Positions 27,693-37,192 of a stretch of 58,513 nucleotides of DNA are shown piece after piece. Within the stretch, counting starts at the first letter, position 1, and each line of letters begins with the position of its first letter. The DNA lies in the IMG/VR virus record IMGVR_UViG_3300038312_000145, positions 1 through 58,513 of that record; one strand, written 5' to 3'. The DNA comes from a virus (taxonomy: Duplodnaviria; Caudoviricetes). The translations under genes were made by a program, and so were the position numbers. The notes under the pieces are model-generated. The model worked only from the letters and a program-made list of their open reading frames with translations. It had not been told where the DNA came from and ran no database searches.

Positions 27693-28895
27693 ATGTACTT
27701 TGAGCCCTTTGTCAATTCAACTGGATTAAACATTCCTACTTATTTAGACATAAGAGACCAGCTTATACAAGAATGTAAAAACATATTTGGACAGGACTTG
27801 TATCTGGGAGAAGACACACAGGACTATCAATGGATAGCTGTAAATGCAGAAAAAATATATGATGCTTATCTATTAGCACAGAAAGTCTATAACAATCGTG
27901 GCCCCGGAACTGCAATAGGTGGAGGACTTGATGGAATAGTAAAAGTAAATGGAATAAAAAGAAAAAAAGCAGAATACAGTACTTGCCATGCAAATGTAAC
28001 AGGATACGCAGGTTCTATAATTACAAATGGAGTAGTTTTAGATAAAGGAAATATACAATGGAATTTACCCGTTTCTATTATAATCCCCGATTCTGGAGTA
28101 GCAGAAAATCTATTATTAACTTGTTCAATCCCCGGACCAATTCAAGCAGACCCCGGGGACATTATACAGATATATAATCCTCAGTATGGCTGGACTGGCG
28201 TAACAAATACAGACATGGCAGAACTAGGGTCATATGTTGAAACAGACGCAGAATTAAGGGCAAGACAGCAAACTAGTGTAGCTTTACCTTCATTAACTGA
28301 ATTAGATGGAATAAAAGGTGCTATAGCTCAAATAGAAAGAGTTACAAGATACCAAGTATATGAGAATGATACAAACCAAGTTGATGCAAGAGGATTGCCA
28401 CCTCACAGTATTACGGCAGTAGTTGAAGGAGGAAATAGTCAAACCATAGCAAATACAATTTATTTAAAGAAGACCCCAGGATGTTACACAAATGGAACTA
28501 CAGAGATACAAATAACTGATTCAAGCGGTAATTTAATGTGGGATGCTTTTAATGAACCAGTTATAAGAAGATTTTATAGGCCTACTTATGTAGACATAGA
28601 CGTAACTATAAACATTAAGGCTTTAAATGCTTATACAACGGAGAACACAGCAGATATAAAAACAAATGTAGCTGAATACTTAAATAGTCTTCAAATAGGA
28701 ACTAATTTACCTTTGTCTTCAATTTGGGGAGCTGCTTTATCTTCAATGTCGGATTTAAAAAATCCGGCTTTTTCTATTGTCTCTTTAACTGCGGCAAGAC
28801 ATGGTGAGCCTCAATCCTCGGATGATACTATAAGCATTTTATTCTATGAAGTAGCACGTGGCAAGATAGATAGCATAACTGTAAATCCAGTTTAG
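27693..28895 (+). CDS. Baseplate J-like protein
   Basis: A.G..LD, ETDAELR.R, PPHSI.AVVEGG motifs. Confidence 0.9.
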   Translation: MYFEPFVNSTGLNIPTYLDIRDQLIQECKNIFGQDLYLGEDTQDYQWIAVNAEKIYDAYLLAQKVYNNRGPGTAIGGGLDGIVKVNGIKRKKAEYSTCHANVTGYAGSIITNGVVLDKGNIQWNLPVSIIIPDSGVAENLLLTCSIPGPIQADPGDIIQIYNPQYGWTGVTNTDMAELGSYVETDAELRARQQTSVALPSLTELDGIKGAIAQIERVTRYQVYENDTNQVDARGLPPHSITAVVEGGNSQTIANTIYLKKTPGCYTNGTTEIQITDSSGNLMWDAFNEPVIRRFYRPTYVDIDVTINIKALNAYTTENTADIKTNVAEYLNSLQIGTNLPLSSIWGAALSSMSDLKNPAFSIVSLTAARHGEPQSSDDTISILFYEVARGKIDSITVNPV

Positions 28896-28906
28896 AAGGT
28901 GACTAA

Positions 28907-29545
28907 ATGGCTATAGAAAAGTATTTAGATAGAGTAACAAGTGAACATAGAGACAAGCCAAAATTTATACAATGGCTAACATCAACTTTAACTAAAACAG
29001 ATGGTATTTATAATTGCTTATCTGTGATGGATGATGCTTTTGACTTAGATAAGGCAGTAGGAAAACAGCAAGATGTTTTAGGCGAGTTAATTGGAGTTAG
29101 TAGAACATTAAATTTTCAACCTACACCAGATATATCACCTTTACTTAATGATGATACCTATAGACTTATTCAAAAAGCTAAGATAGGTAAAAACAATTGG
29201 TTAGGAACAGAACCAGAGATACAAACTATTTGGCAGGGTATGTTTTCAGACTTAAGACTAGATTTAATTGATAATCAAGATATGAGTATGACCGCAGTAA
29301 TTTACGGTGTATTAGATGAATTAAGAGAACTCTTGATAGCTAATGGGTATATAGTTCCCAAGCCGTCAGGGGTTCGTTTAAATTTCATTGGGAAATCACC
29401 AGTAGACTTCAAAGTTTATTCTTCTATGGTTGTATGTCAAAACATTACTAGCGTAGTTTCAATGGAAAATCCTAAATATCCAATCAGTCAAAAAACTTAT
29501 TCTTCTATGATCGTATGCCAAGATATTACAAACGTAATCTCATAA
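28907..29545 (+). CDS. Baseplate wedge (DUF2612 type)
   Basis: FDLDKAVG.Q.D.LG..IG.SR, D.QDM, PKPSGV motifs. Confidence 0.8.
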   Translation: MAIEKYLDRVTSEHRDKPKFIQWLTSTLTKTDGIYNCLSVMDDAFDLDKAVGKQQDVLGELIGVSRTLNFQPTPDISPLLNDDTYRLIQKAKIGKNNWLGTEPEIQTIWQGMFSDLRLDLIDNQDMSMTAVIYGVLDELRELLIANGYIVPKPSGVRLNFIGKSPVDFKVYSSMVVCQNITSVVSMENPKYPISQKTYSSMIVCQDITNVIS

Positions 29546-29559
29546 GGGAGGAAAAATAA

Positions 29560-31944
29560 ATGGCAGTTTTTAATAATATGGTAATAACAACAAAAGGTGA
29601 AGCACTTTACAACAAAGTTCAAGCAGGAAAACCACTTAATTTTACAAAAATGAAAATAGGTTCTGGACAATTAGCCACCGGAGACGACCCAACAACTTTT
29701 ACAGCTTTAAAACAATATGCTTTTGATGTTTCTATAAGTTCCATAACTCCCAATACAGTACTTAAAGTAGCTGTAATTTCAGGTACAATAAATAACAATA
29801 ATATAACAGAAGGAAAGTATATTTGTGAGTTAGGACTATTTGCTAATGACCCAGACGAGGGCGAAATATTATACGGATATGCTACAGCAGGAACAGAAGG
29901 AGATTGGATAGCCCCAAGTAGTAAGGGAGCTTTCGCATGGAATTATCAAATTAATGCCGCAGTAGGAAATGCTCAGGACGTTACGGCAACAGTTTCAAGC
30001 ACAACTTTTGATTATGCGGTTGCATCAACGTCAACAACTTTTGCAATTATATCTGGAAATAATCAAAAAGAAATAAATGATAGCATAGATACTACTATTG
30101 GATTAATTAAAAACACTGTAAACTTTGAAGTTGGAAGTTTTACAGCTACAGCGGATAATACGACAAGTTTCCAAATATCAAGCCCATATAATCCTGATAC
30201 TGACCATGTAGAATTATTCTATAAAGGCAATGATAGGATGGAATTAGGAGACAACTATACTTTAAACGGTACACAAGTTTCATTAGTGGGGTGGTCATTA
30301 CTTACAGGTGAAAAAATTACTTATAACATATGGAAATTTGTAAATCATGTTCCTATTATGGCAGATGGTTCAAACTTACAAAATGGAAGTGTTGCAGAAC
30401 GTTCATTAACACAAGACATACAAGACAAAATAGAGAGTGTCCCAGAATCTACAGGATATGGAGTTATATCTGGACTAGGAGTTACAGTACAATCAACACC
30501 TAATATGAGCGTTTTAGTTAATAGTGGCCGTGCTCATATGCCAGTAAGCAGTAAAAGAGTCAATTTAACATCAAGTACAACTATTCCAATTACAGCTTCA
30601 GACGCATTAAAACCTAGAACTGATATAGTTTATATAAATGCTAGTGGTGTACCAAGTTATTTAGCAAGTGGGTTAGGAACTGCGGCAGTAGCAGGCACTA
30701 GGAACTATACGATAAATACTAATGCAAAGGTGGCAGTAGCAGGAAGTAATACTTATACTATAAGTACAAATTTTGCTTCTGGAGATACGGTGGTTTTTGA
30801 TGGAGTAACCTTTACTGCGGTAGCAAGTGGGGCTACAGGTGCACAGTTTAACGTCGGTGCAGATTATATGATAAGCGCTACAAATTTAGCAAGCACTTTA
30901 AATACTAATTCTACAATTAATGATAATTTTACAGCTACAGCAAATTCAAATATAGTTACAATTGCAGAAAGGACAGCAGGCAATGGCGATACACCAGGAA
31001 CTATGACAACTACTGGCACAGGAGTAATTACTGCTGGCACTGCTACTACAAGTACACCAGCAGATACAGTTACAATAAACGGAGTAACCTTTACTGCGGT
31101 GGCATCTAATGCTACAAGTAATCAATTTGATGTTGGTGGAGATACTACAGCCACAGCAACTAATTTAGTAAGTGCTTTAAATGCTAATAGTACAATTAGT
31201 GGTTTATATACTGCTAATTCATCTACAAATATAATTACTCTTATTGAAAAAGTTGCAGGGGGTGGGAATACTCCAACAGTTGCAACTACTACTGGTACTG
31301 TTTCTATAGTAAGTGGTACTGCTACAAATAGTACAGCACAAATATATCCTACAGCTCCAACTACACCAGATGGAGGAATGTTACTTTATGATATAAAAGT
31401 AGGAGCAGGAGCAACCGCAATTACAAATTTAGATTTAATTGATAAGAGAATATTTAAATTAAATAATAATCAACTTGCTTCGCAAATGGCAGATAATATA
31501 CAACAATTTGCTGATTTAAATGACTTAATAAATAATTTAAGCACAAATGATGTTGAAGCTAGAAGAGAAATATTAGATATAAAATTAAAACTTGATGAAA
31601 ATGATGTAATGTCTTTTTTAAGTAAAACAGGTATAGGATTTTATGATTTATTTAAAAATACGGAAAATATAGATACTACAAATTCTACAGTAAATATAGT
31701 TAATACAGATGCGGTATTTACGGGAGAACAGTTGTTAAAATTCTTAGAGCAACAATTTGATTCATTTAAGACTGTAGAATTAGCAGTTTATGATTCGGAA
31801 AGACAATCCATTAATGTAGATATGGCTGTAAATAATAGTAACACTATAGAGGCTACAGTCTTTTCAGACAGTATAACTGTTGGAGATAAATTTTATCTTA
31901 ATGGAGAAATTTATATAGTAAATAATGTGCAGTTAGAAGGCTAA
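29560..31944 (+). CDS. Tail fibre protein 1
   Basis: ITTKG, ELGLFA.DPD.GEILY collar domain; duplicated Thr/Ala-rich module (GVTFTAVAS..T..QF.VG). Confidence 0.85.
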   Translation: MAVFNNMVITTKGEALYNKVQAGKPLNFTKMKIGSGQLATGDDPTTFTALKQYAFDVSISSITPNTVLKVAVISGTINNNNITEGKYICELGLFANDPDEGEILYGYATAGTEGDWIAPSSKGAFAWNYQINAAVGNAQDVTATVSSTTFDYAVASTSTTFAIISGNNQKEINDSIDTTIGLIKNTVNFEVGSFTATADNTTSFQISSPYNPDTDHVELFYKGNDRMELGDNYTLNGTQVSLVGWSLLTGEKITYNIWKFVNHVPIMADGSNLQNGSVAERSLTQDIQDKIESVPESTGYGVISGLGVTVQSTPNMSVLVNSGRAHMPVSSKRVNLTSSTTIPITASDALKPRTDIVYINASGVPSYLASGLGTAAVAGTRNYTINTNAKVAVAGSNTYTISTNFASGDTVVFDGVTFTAVASGATGAQFNVGADYMISATNLASTLNTNSTINDNFTATANSNIVTIAERTAGNGDTPGTMTTTGTGVITAGTATTSTPADTVTINGVTFTAVASNATSNQFDVGGDTTATATNLVSALNANSTISGLYTANSSTNIITLIEKVAGGGNTPTVATTTGTVSIVSGTATNSTAQIYPTAPTTPDGGMLLYDIKVGAGATAITNLDLIDKRIFKLNNNQLASQMADNIQQFADLNDLINNLSTNDVEARREILDIKLKLDENDVMSFLSKTGIGFYDLFKNTENIDTTNSTVNIVNTDAVFTGEQLLKFLEQQFDSFKTVELAVYDSERQSINVDMAVNNSNTIEATVFSDSITVGDKFYLNGEIYIVNNVQLEG

Positions 31945-31947
31945 CAA

Positions 31948-32310
31948 ATGAATAGAAGGAAACAAGACAATGAACTTACTGCCTATAAAAAAGCAAAAGA
32001 ATTAATAAATTACACTTTTAGTATTACTGAAGGCAAGAAATTCCCTAAAAAGGTTAGATTTGTACTTGTTAATAGGATACAAAATTTAGTTTTAGATATT
32101 TATACAGATTTATTAAAAGTAAATGAATTATTACTTAAAGAACGTAAATCTATATTTATTAATATTTTAAGCAATATAAAAGTACTTTTGTTTTTAATAG
32201 AGATGTGTTTAAAAGAAAAATATATTAATTTTCACCAATGCGAGATATGGAGTAAGCATTGTTTAAACGTTAAATATCTTACTGCCGCATGGATGAAAAG
32301 TTGTAAATAA
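31948..32310 (+). CDS. avd: DGR accessory variability determinant (four-helix bundle)
   Basis: 120 aa, basic; L.AYKKA..L.......FPKK.RF.L..RI motif; lies directly before the TR. Confidence 0.85.
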   Translation: MNRRKQDNELTAYKKAKELINYTFSITEGKKFPKKVRFVLVNRIQNLVLDIYTDLLKVNELLLKERKSIFINILSNIKVLLFLIEMCLKEKYINFHQCEIWSKHCLNVKYLTAAWMKSCK

Positions 32311-32331
32311 TTTATAGGGTATGGGTTGCAA

Positions 32332-32429
32332 TCCGAACTCCTCCAACTCGAGCAATGTCCGCAATGTGAACACTGACGGTTCTCTGGACAACGACAATGC
32401 CAACAATGGTTACTTGGGAGTTCGCCCCG
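32332..32429 (+). ncRNA. DGR template repeat (TR)
   Basis: 98-bp non-coding repeat of 34310..34407 with 9 AAC/AAT codons; all 11 mismatches are at TR adenines. Confidence 0.95.
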
Positions 32430-32579
32430 ATTAGATGGATTTCTCCGACTTAGTAAACTTATGTTGAACACAGTAGACCATCATCCAAGGAACCCATATC
32501 CTTCCCAAAAAGGTAAATACATGATTATTGATGCAAAAGTTTCTAAGATACTGGAGCTATATACGATAAGGAGATTTTA

Positions 32580-33611
32580 ATGACATTTGATGAAGCCTTT
32601 ACATTTGAACATTTATACAAATCTTACTTAATTGCCAGAAAAGGTAAAAGAAATAAAAATTCTACGGCAAAATATGAAGTAAATGCCATTGAATTCACAA
32701 ATTACCTACTCTACCAATTTAAAAATAATAAATATAAAATTGGCAAATATAAAGAATTTTATGTGTATGAACCTAAAAAAAGATTAATAATGAGTTTACC
32801 ATTTAAAGACAGAGCTGTGCAACACTGTCTGTGTGATTATTATTTAGAACCATTGTTAGAGAAATCAATGATATATGATAATTATGCCAACAGAAAAAAT
32901 AAAGGAACTCATAAAGCACTAAATAGACTAGAAAATTATTTTCATAAATTTTACAGAAAACATAAGAGTGACGGATATGTGCTAAAATGTGACATTTCTA
33001 AATATTTTTATTCTGTCAACCATGACGTTCTTAAAAATATGATTAGCAGGTATATCAAAGATAGAAAAATATTAAATTTCACTTTCCAAATAATTGATAG
33101 CACAGAAAATCCAGGATTACCAATTGGTAATCAAACTTCGCAGTGGTTTGCAATATTTTACATGAGCTGTTTAGACCATTTTATAAAAGAAAAATTGCAC
33201 ATAAAATATTACGAAAGATATATGGATGATTTTTTACTTATTCATAATGACAAAGAATATTTAAAATACTGTAAATCAGAAATATCAAATTATGTTGAAA
33301 ATGAGTTAAAACTAAAGCTTAACAATAAAACACAAATATTTCCTTTAAAAAACGGAGTAGATTTTTTAGGATTTCATACTTATTTAACTGAAACTGGCAA
33401 GGTTATAAGAAAAGTAAGAAGAAATAGCAAAAAAGGGATGAACAATAAACTTAAGAAATTTAAAAAACTATGTATAAAAAGAAAAATATCCAAAGAACAG
33501 ATAGATAAATCTTATAATAGCTGGATTGGACACGTAAGTCATGGTAACAGCTATCATTTAATAAAAAATATGGATAAGAAATATAAAGAAATTTTTAAGG
33601 ATGGTGATTAA
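32580..33611 (+). CDS. DGR reverse transcriptase
   Basis: PFKDRAVQH, KCDISKYF, GLPIGNQTSQ (DGR-type), RYMDDF, GVDFLG; 343 aa with no maturase or endonuclease domain. Confidence 0.95.
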   Translation: MTFDEAFTFEHLYKSYLIARKGKRNKNSTAKYEVNAIEFTNYLLYQFKNNKYKIGKYKEFYVYEPKKRLIMSLPFKDRAVQHCLCDYYLEPLLEKSMIYDNYANRKNKGTHKALNRLENYFHKFYRKHKSDGYVLKCDISKYFYSVNHDVLKNMISRYIKDRKILNFTFQIIDSTENPGLPIGNQTSQWFAIFYMSCLDHFIKEKLHIKYYERYMDDFLLIHNDKEYLKYCKSEISNYVENELKLKLNNKTQIFPLKNGVDFLGFHTYLTETGKVIRKVRRNSKKGMNNKLKKFKKLCIKRKISKEQIDKSYNSWIGHVSHGNSYHLIKNMDKKYKEIFKDGD

Positions 33612-34706
33612 ATGACACAATCTATAGCAAATTTAGCAGTAGGCAGTAAAATAAAATTCGGGCAATATCAAGTAGAGACAGAAAGTAAGCAATCTATAAT
33701 ATGGAAAATAGCAGATAAAAATCATTCTGGGTATCCTACAAACTCTGTTACATTAATAACAGAAAAAATAATAGACTTACGTGGCTTTGACGGAAAAGAA
33801 TCGGGAAATGCAGATAGCGATAGAACTAGTTACGGTAGTAATAGATACAGAACTGCAAATTTAAGACAGTGGTTAAACTCTGGTGGATTGGCAAATACGT
33901 GGTTCACAGCACAAAACTTAACTGATGAAACAGCCAATACCAATAACCATGATGCACCGCCTGTTGATGCAAACATGAATACAACAACAGGCTATAACAC
34001 CAAAGATGGATTTTTAAATTTTTTCAATCAACAAGAACTGACAAGCATTTTAAACACATCATTAACTACCGCAAAAAATACAGTTACAGATGGAGGGTCA
34101 AGCGAATCCATAACAGATAAGACATTTTTACCCTCCGTTACAGAAGTTGGGCTTGGAAATGAAAATAATATAGCTGAAGGTAACAAACTAGCACTATTTT
34201 CAGACGCTACCAGCAGGCTTGCTTATTTAACCCAGCAAGCTTTTTCCAACACTAAAAGTAATAACAAGCCTTCCGCAATAGCCAATGCATGGTATTGGTG
34301 GCTTCGCTCTCCGAACTCCTCCGGCTCGAGCATTGTCCGCTATGTGCGCACTGACGGTTCTCTGGACTTCGGCAATGCCTACTATGGTTACTTGGGAGTT
34401 CGCCCCGCTTGTAATCTGTCATCTGATATCTTGGTATCTGATACTGTGGATTCAGATGGATGTTATACAATAGTTTGGACAAAGAAATATATTATAACAT
34501 TAGATAAACCAATAACTATAACCGTAACAGACGCTTTAATGAAATATAAATTTAATCCAAAAATAAATGGAAATAATGCAAATCTTACAGAAGTAGATAA
34601 TGAAAAGTTAATTTACAAAGTAGACAATGTGGAAGATAACAAAGTTGATTTAGAAATAGACGGTAAAGATGCTAAAATAGATAAAATTGCATATGTAGTA
34701 AGTTAG
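33612..34706 (+). CDS. DGR target protein (DUF6273 / C-type-lectin-fold type) with C-terminal extension
   Basis: LRQWLNS, DK.FLPS.TE, WWLRSP...GVRPA motifs; carries the VR. Confidence 0.9.
   Translation: MTQSIANLAVGSKIKFGQYQVETESKQSIIWKIADKNHSGYPTNSVTLITEKIIDLRGFDGKESGNADSDRTSYGSNRYRTANLRQWLNSGGLANTWFTAQNLTDETANTNNHDAPPVDANMNTTTGYNTKDGFLNFFNQQELTSILNTSLTTAKNTVTDGGSSESITDKTFLPSVTEVGLGNENNIAEGNKLALFSDATSRLAYLTQQAFSNTKSNNKPSAIANAWYWWLRSPNSSGSSIVRYVRTDGSLDFGNAYYGYLGVRPACNLSSDILVSDTVDSDGCYTIVWTKKYIITLDKPITITVTDALMKYKFNPKINGNNANLTEVDNEKLIYKVDNVEDNKVDLEIDGKDAKIDKIAYVVS
34310..34407 (+). repeat. DGR variable repeat (VR)
   Basis: Aligns ungapped to the TR; ends in GC-rich GGGAGTTCGCCCCG (IMH-like). 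Confidence 0.95.
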
Positions 34707-34717
34707 GAGATGATTTC

Positions 34718-34903
34718 ATGGGAAAGTATGTAAATATAAATATAATAAATGAACAACTGGGTAAACAAAATACAGCAAAAGCTATAGCAGATTTAAGCGT
34801 AGCAAATGCAAAAAAAGATGCATTAATACAGCAATTAGCAGGCACTGTATCTAATTTAAATATAAAAATAGCACAATTACAAGGAGGAAGTACAAATGTT
34901 TGA
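34718..34903 (+). CDS. Small coiled-coil tail-fibre chaperone (XkdW-like)
   Basis: Heptad pattern; precedes XkdX. Confidence 0.55.
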   Translation: MGKYVNINIINEQLGKQNTAKAIADLSVANAKKDALIQQLAGTVSNLNIKIAQLQGGSTNV

Positions 34904-35030
34904 TTTTTATAGAGTTTTTTATCAAATGGGATATTTAGAAAAGCAAGATGTACATGATGCAGCACAATGGGGAGTTATAACATTACAGGATTATAAAACC
35001 ATAACTGGTGAAGAATATGCTACACAATAG
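34896..35030 (+). CDS. XkdX-family protein, 44 aa (not in ORF track)
   Basis: FY.MG......V......G.IT...Y..ITGEEY motif; GGAGG RBS. Confidence 0.8.
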   Translation: MFDFYRVFYQMGYLEKQDVHDAAQWGVITLQDYKTITGEEYATQ

Positions 35031-35363
35031 AATATTTTTGCGTATATATTTATACTTATAAATATATATAAGTGTGTATTAATATGTATAAAAATGACAT
35101 ATGAAATTTAAAGATATATAATCATTCCTAAGGGGGTGGCTATATTGGGAGAGAAGGCGGTGCGTATAAATATCACACTTCCACCAGATGTACTGGCAGA
35201 ATTCAAAAAATATGGAGCTAAAAAAGGAATTATGATATCTCCTTTCGTAGCTGCTAGCGTGAAAAATATACTTAAGTTTGGATAAATGGGCGAATTTAAT
35301 AAAGAACCTTAAAGACTTTTTTAAAAAAGTTCTAGATCCTTGAATGAAATTATTAAGTTAGGG

Positions 35364-36626
35364 TTACAATTTTAGACAGGAAATATCAGAATCTTTTATT
35401 ATGCCTTGAGCAATGAGAAAACTTGTAGCTTGTTTTATGGCCTTTTCTTTTTGCTTATTCTGAATTTCCTGAGGCATATCAATTTTATATAAGTCACAAG
35501 GATTGAAATCTTCACCCCTAACAAACATATGGTATATAGCGGTAAGAATCATTCTTGCGATAGCGATAATGGCTCTTTTCTTACCTCTGCGTTTGTATAT
35601 ACGTTCGTATTTAACCTTGTAGTAAGGAGATTTGTTCGACTTCACGGATGCATGGGCAACTTGTACCAATGCAGGTTTGAGGTAAACACCAGCACGTGAT
35701 ATACGAACAGATTTTTTCTTACCGGCAGATTCATTATTGCTTGGCGTTAATCCAGCCCAGCAGCATAAACGCTTAGAGTTTGAAAATTGAGTCATATCAG
35801 TACCAATCTCGGAGATAATAGTGATTGCAGATTGCCTGTTGACTCCGGGAATGGTACATAAAAGTTTAATGTAATTTTCATAAGGTTCGACCATTTTGTT
35901 GAGTTTAGCATCAAGTTCAGAAATAGATTGGGTTATATACTCTAAATGTGAGCGAACCATTATCATACGTTCTTTTTGTTCCTGAGTCATCTGATATCCT
36001 TCTATGGATTCAATTACAGCACTTGCTTTTTTCTTCAAAGATCTTTGAAGAAGAGAAGTACAATACTGTGGATTGAAGGAATCAGAGGAAATTAAGTAGT
36101 CTGTGATGGAAGCGGCTGATTTGCCAAACATGTCAGAAACGACAGCATCAAGGGCTACATTGCAAACAGTAAAAGCATTTTGAAACCTATTCTTTTCGCT
36201 GCTTTTACAGGAAACAAGTTTAGAACGATAGCGAGTATACTCGCGAAGAATACGTATGGGCTTTTCTGGGATGTAACTTCCTGGGACTAATCCAAGGCGA
36301 AAGAGATCTCCAATCCATTTGGAATCTTTGGTATCATCCTTATTTCCTTTTATAGCTTTTACCCATTTGGGATTGGCAATAGTTAGATGGATGGCATCTT
36401 CTAAAAGATTATGAACAGGAACCCAATACTTTCCTGTAGATTCCATACACACATCAAAGCAGTTGTTATCAATAAGCCACTGCTTAAATTGAAGAATTGA
36501 ATTGTTAAAAGTTGAAAATCTCTTTTTTGAATAATGGGGAGTAATCCCCTGTGAAGTAATAATTGTGGCAACGAGAAAAGTCTTATGCACATCGACACCA
36601 CAACAGATAGGATGAACAACTTTCAT
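35364..36626 (-). CDS. IS110 transposase/recombinase
   Basis: GVDVHK, MESTG, KDDTKDS (DEDD RuvC-like), TIPGV, GLTP...ESAGK motifs. Confidence 0.95.
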   Translation of the reverse strand: MKVVHPICCGVDVHKTFLVATIITSQGITPHYSKKRFSTFNNSILQFKQWLIDNNCFDVCMESTGKYWVPVHNLLEDAIHLTIANPKWVKAIKGNKDDTKDSKWIGDLFRLGLVPGSYIPEKPIRILREYTRYRSKLVSCKSSEKNRFQNAFTVCNVALDAVVSDMFGKSAASITDYLISSDSFNPQYCTSLLQRSLKKKASAVIESIEGYQMTQEQKERMIMVRSHLEYITQSISELDAKLNKMVEPYENYIKLLCTIPGVNRQSAITIISEIGTDMTQFSNSKRLCCWAGLTPSNNESAGKKKSVRISRAGVYLKPALVQVAHASVKSNKSPYYKVKYERIYKRRGKKRAIIAIARMILTAIYHMFVRGEDFNPCDLYKIDMPQEIQNKQKEKAIKQATSFLIAQGIIKDSDISCLKL

Positions 36627-36921
36627 AGCACTGCCTCCTTTGACAAATTATAGAGGAGAATACATTGACTGAACCATCACACATTTAACAAAGAGCTAAA
36701 ACAATGATTAGCGTTCGGTTTAATATAACCACTTATTTGTGCTTGAAAGATGATTCTTACACTGGTTAAAATACTGTTTTAAACTGAGAAGTAATCTACG
36801 ACTCACCTCACCGTGCTTTGTAGTATATATTCTCTTCAGTTTAATTATTGACAATTGGTGGAAGCCGCACACCATTTTTTCATTACTATTTGTGTCGCAG
36901 CGGCAGCGGCGAGATGGAGGT
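36627..36921 (-). ncRNA. Candidate IS110 bridge-RNA region
   Basis: About 300-nt structured non-coding end upstream of the recombinase, with short matches to the donor junction and the target. Confidence 0.55.
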
Positions 36922-37042
36922 TAAAATGAAAGAATTCATCCAGGAGGAAAAGACTATTGAAAAATTAAAGAATGAAGGTAAGTTATAAGGCACTCGATTA
37001 AGGGTGCCTTTTAAATTTAAATTAAATGGAGGAATATAAAAA

Positions 37043-37192
37043 ATGAAATTAGCAATTGAAAATTTAGAAAAATGTTTTAATGCTGCAAGCCATAAGGATG
37101 CTAAATATGTAGGTGTAAAAATTCAAATGCAGGGATTCCCTAAACCTGAGATTATAATAAATGAAAATAAGAATTTAATGTACATGATGTAA
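37043..37192 (+). pseudogene. Truncated small phage protein
   Basis: Strong RBS; ..YVGVKIQM.GF.KPEIIIN.. ends abruptly where a different open frame begins. Confidence 0.45.

Larger units (their letters stand above)
35257..36923 (-). mobile_element. IS110-family element, 1667 bp, TA core
   Basis: TA at both junctions (35255..35256 and 36922..36923); removal restores the ORF in frame; no terminal inverted repeats. Confidence 0.85.
35145..36988 (+). pseudogene. RHH/CopG-like gene interrupted by IS110
   Basis: Removing 35257..36923 restores a 58-aa ORF MGEKAVRINITLPPDVLAEFKKY...ISPFVAAKMKEFIQEEK...EGKL. Confidence 0.8.

Noticed and set aside
30802-31100. Repeat GGAGTAACCTTTACTGCGGT in tail fibre 1 as an invertase or shufflon site
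   Set aside because: Direct orientation, explained by a duplicated protein module, and no invertase is nearby.
32232-32471. Minus-strand ORFs over the TR (and 34252..34482 over the VR) with CxxC-like patterns
   Set aside because: They are shadow frames of the TR/VR repeat with no RBS; their mutual similarity is just the repeat.
32580-33611. RT as a group II intron, retron or Abi RT
   Set aside because: It is short, has the DGR-type IGxxxSQ motif, lacks maturase/endonuclease domains, and sits with avd and an A-specific TR/VR pair.
34420-34458. Post-VR hairpin CATCTGA/TCAGATG as the DGR cruciform
   Set aside because: Only 7 bp with a 25-nt loop, inside coding sequence; too weak to call.
35043-35068. 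12-bp TA-rich palindrome upstream of the interrupted RHH gene
   Set aside because: Low complexity; it may be an operator but cannot be told from chance.
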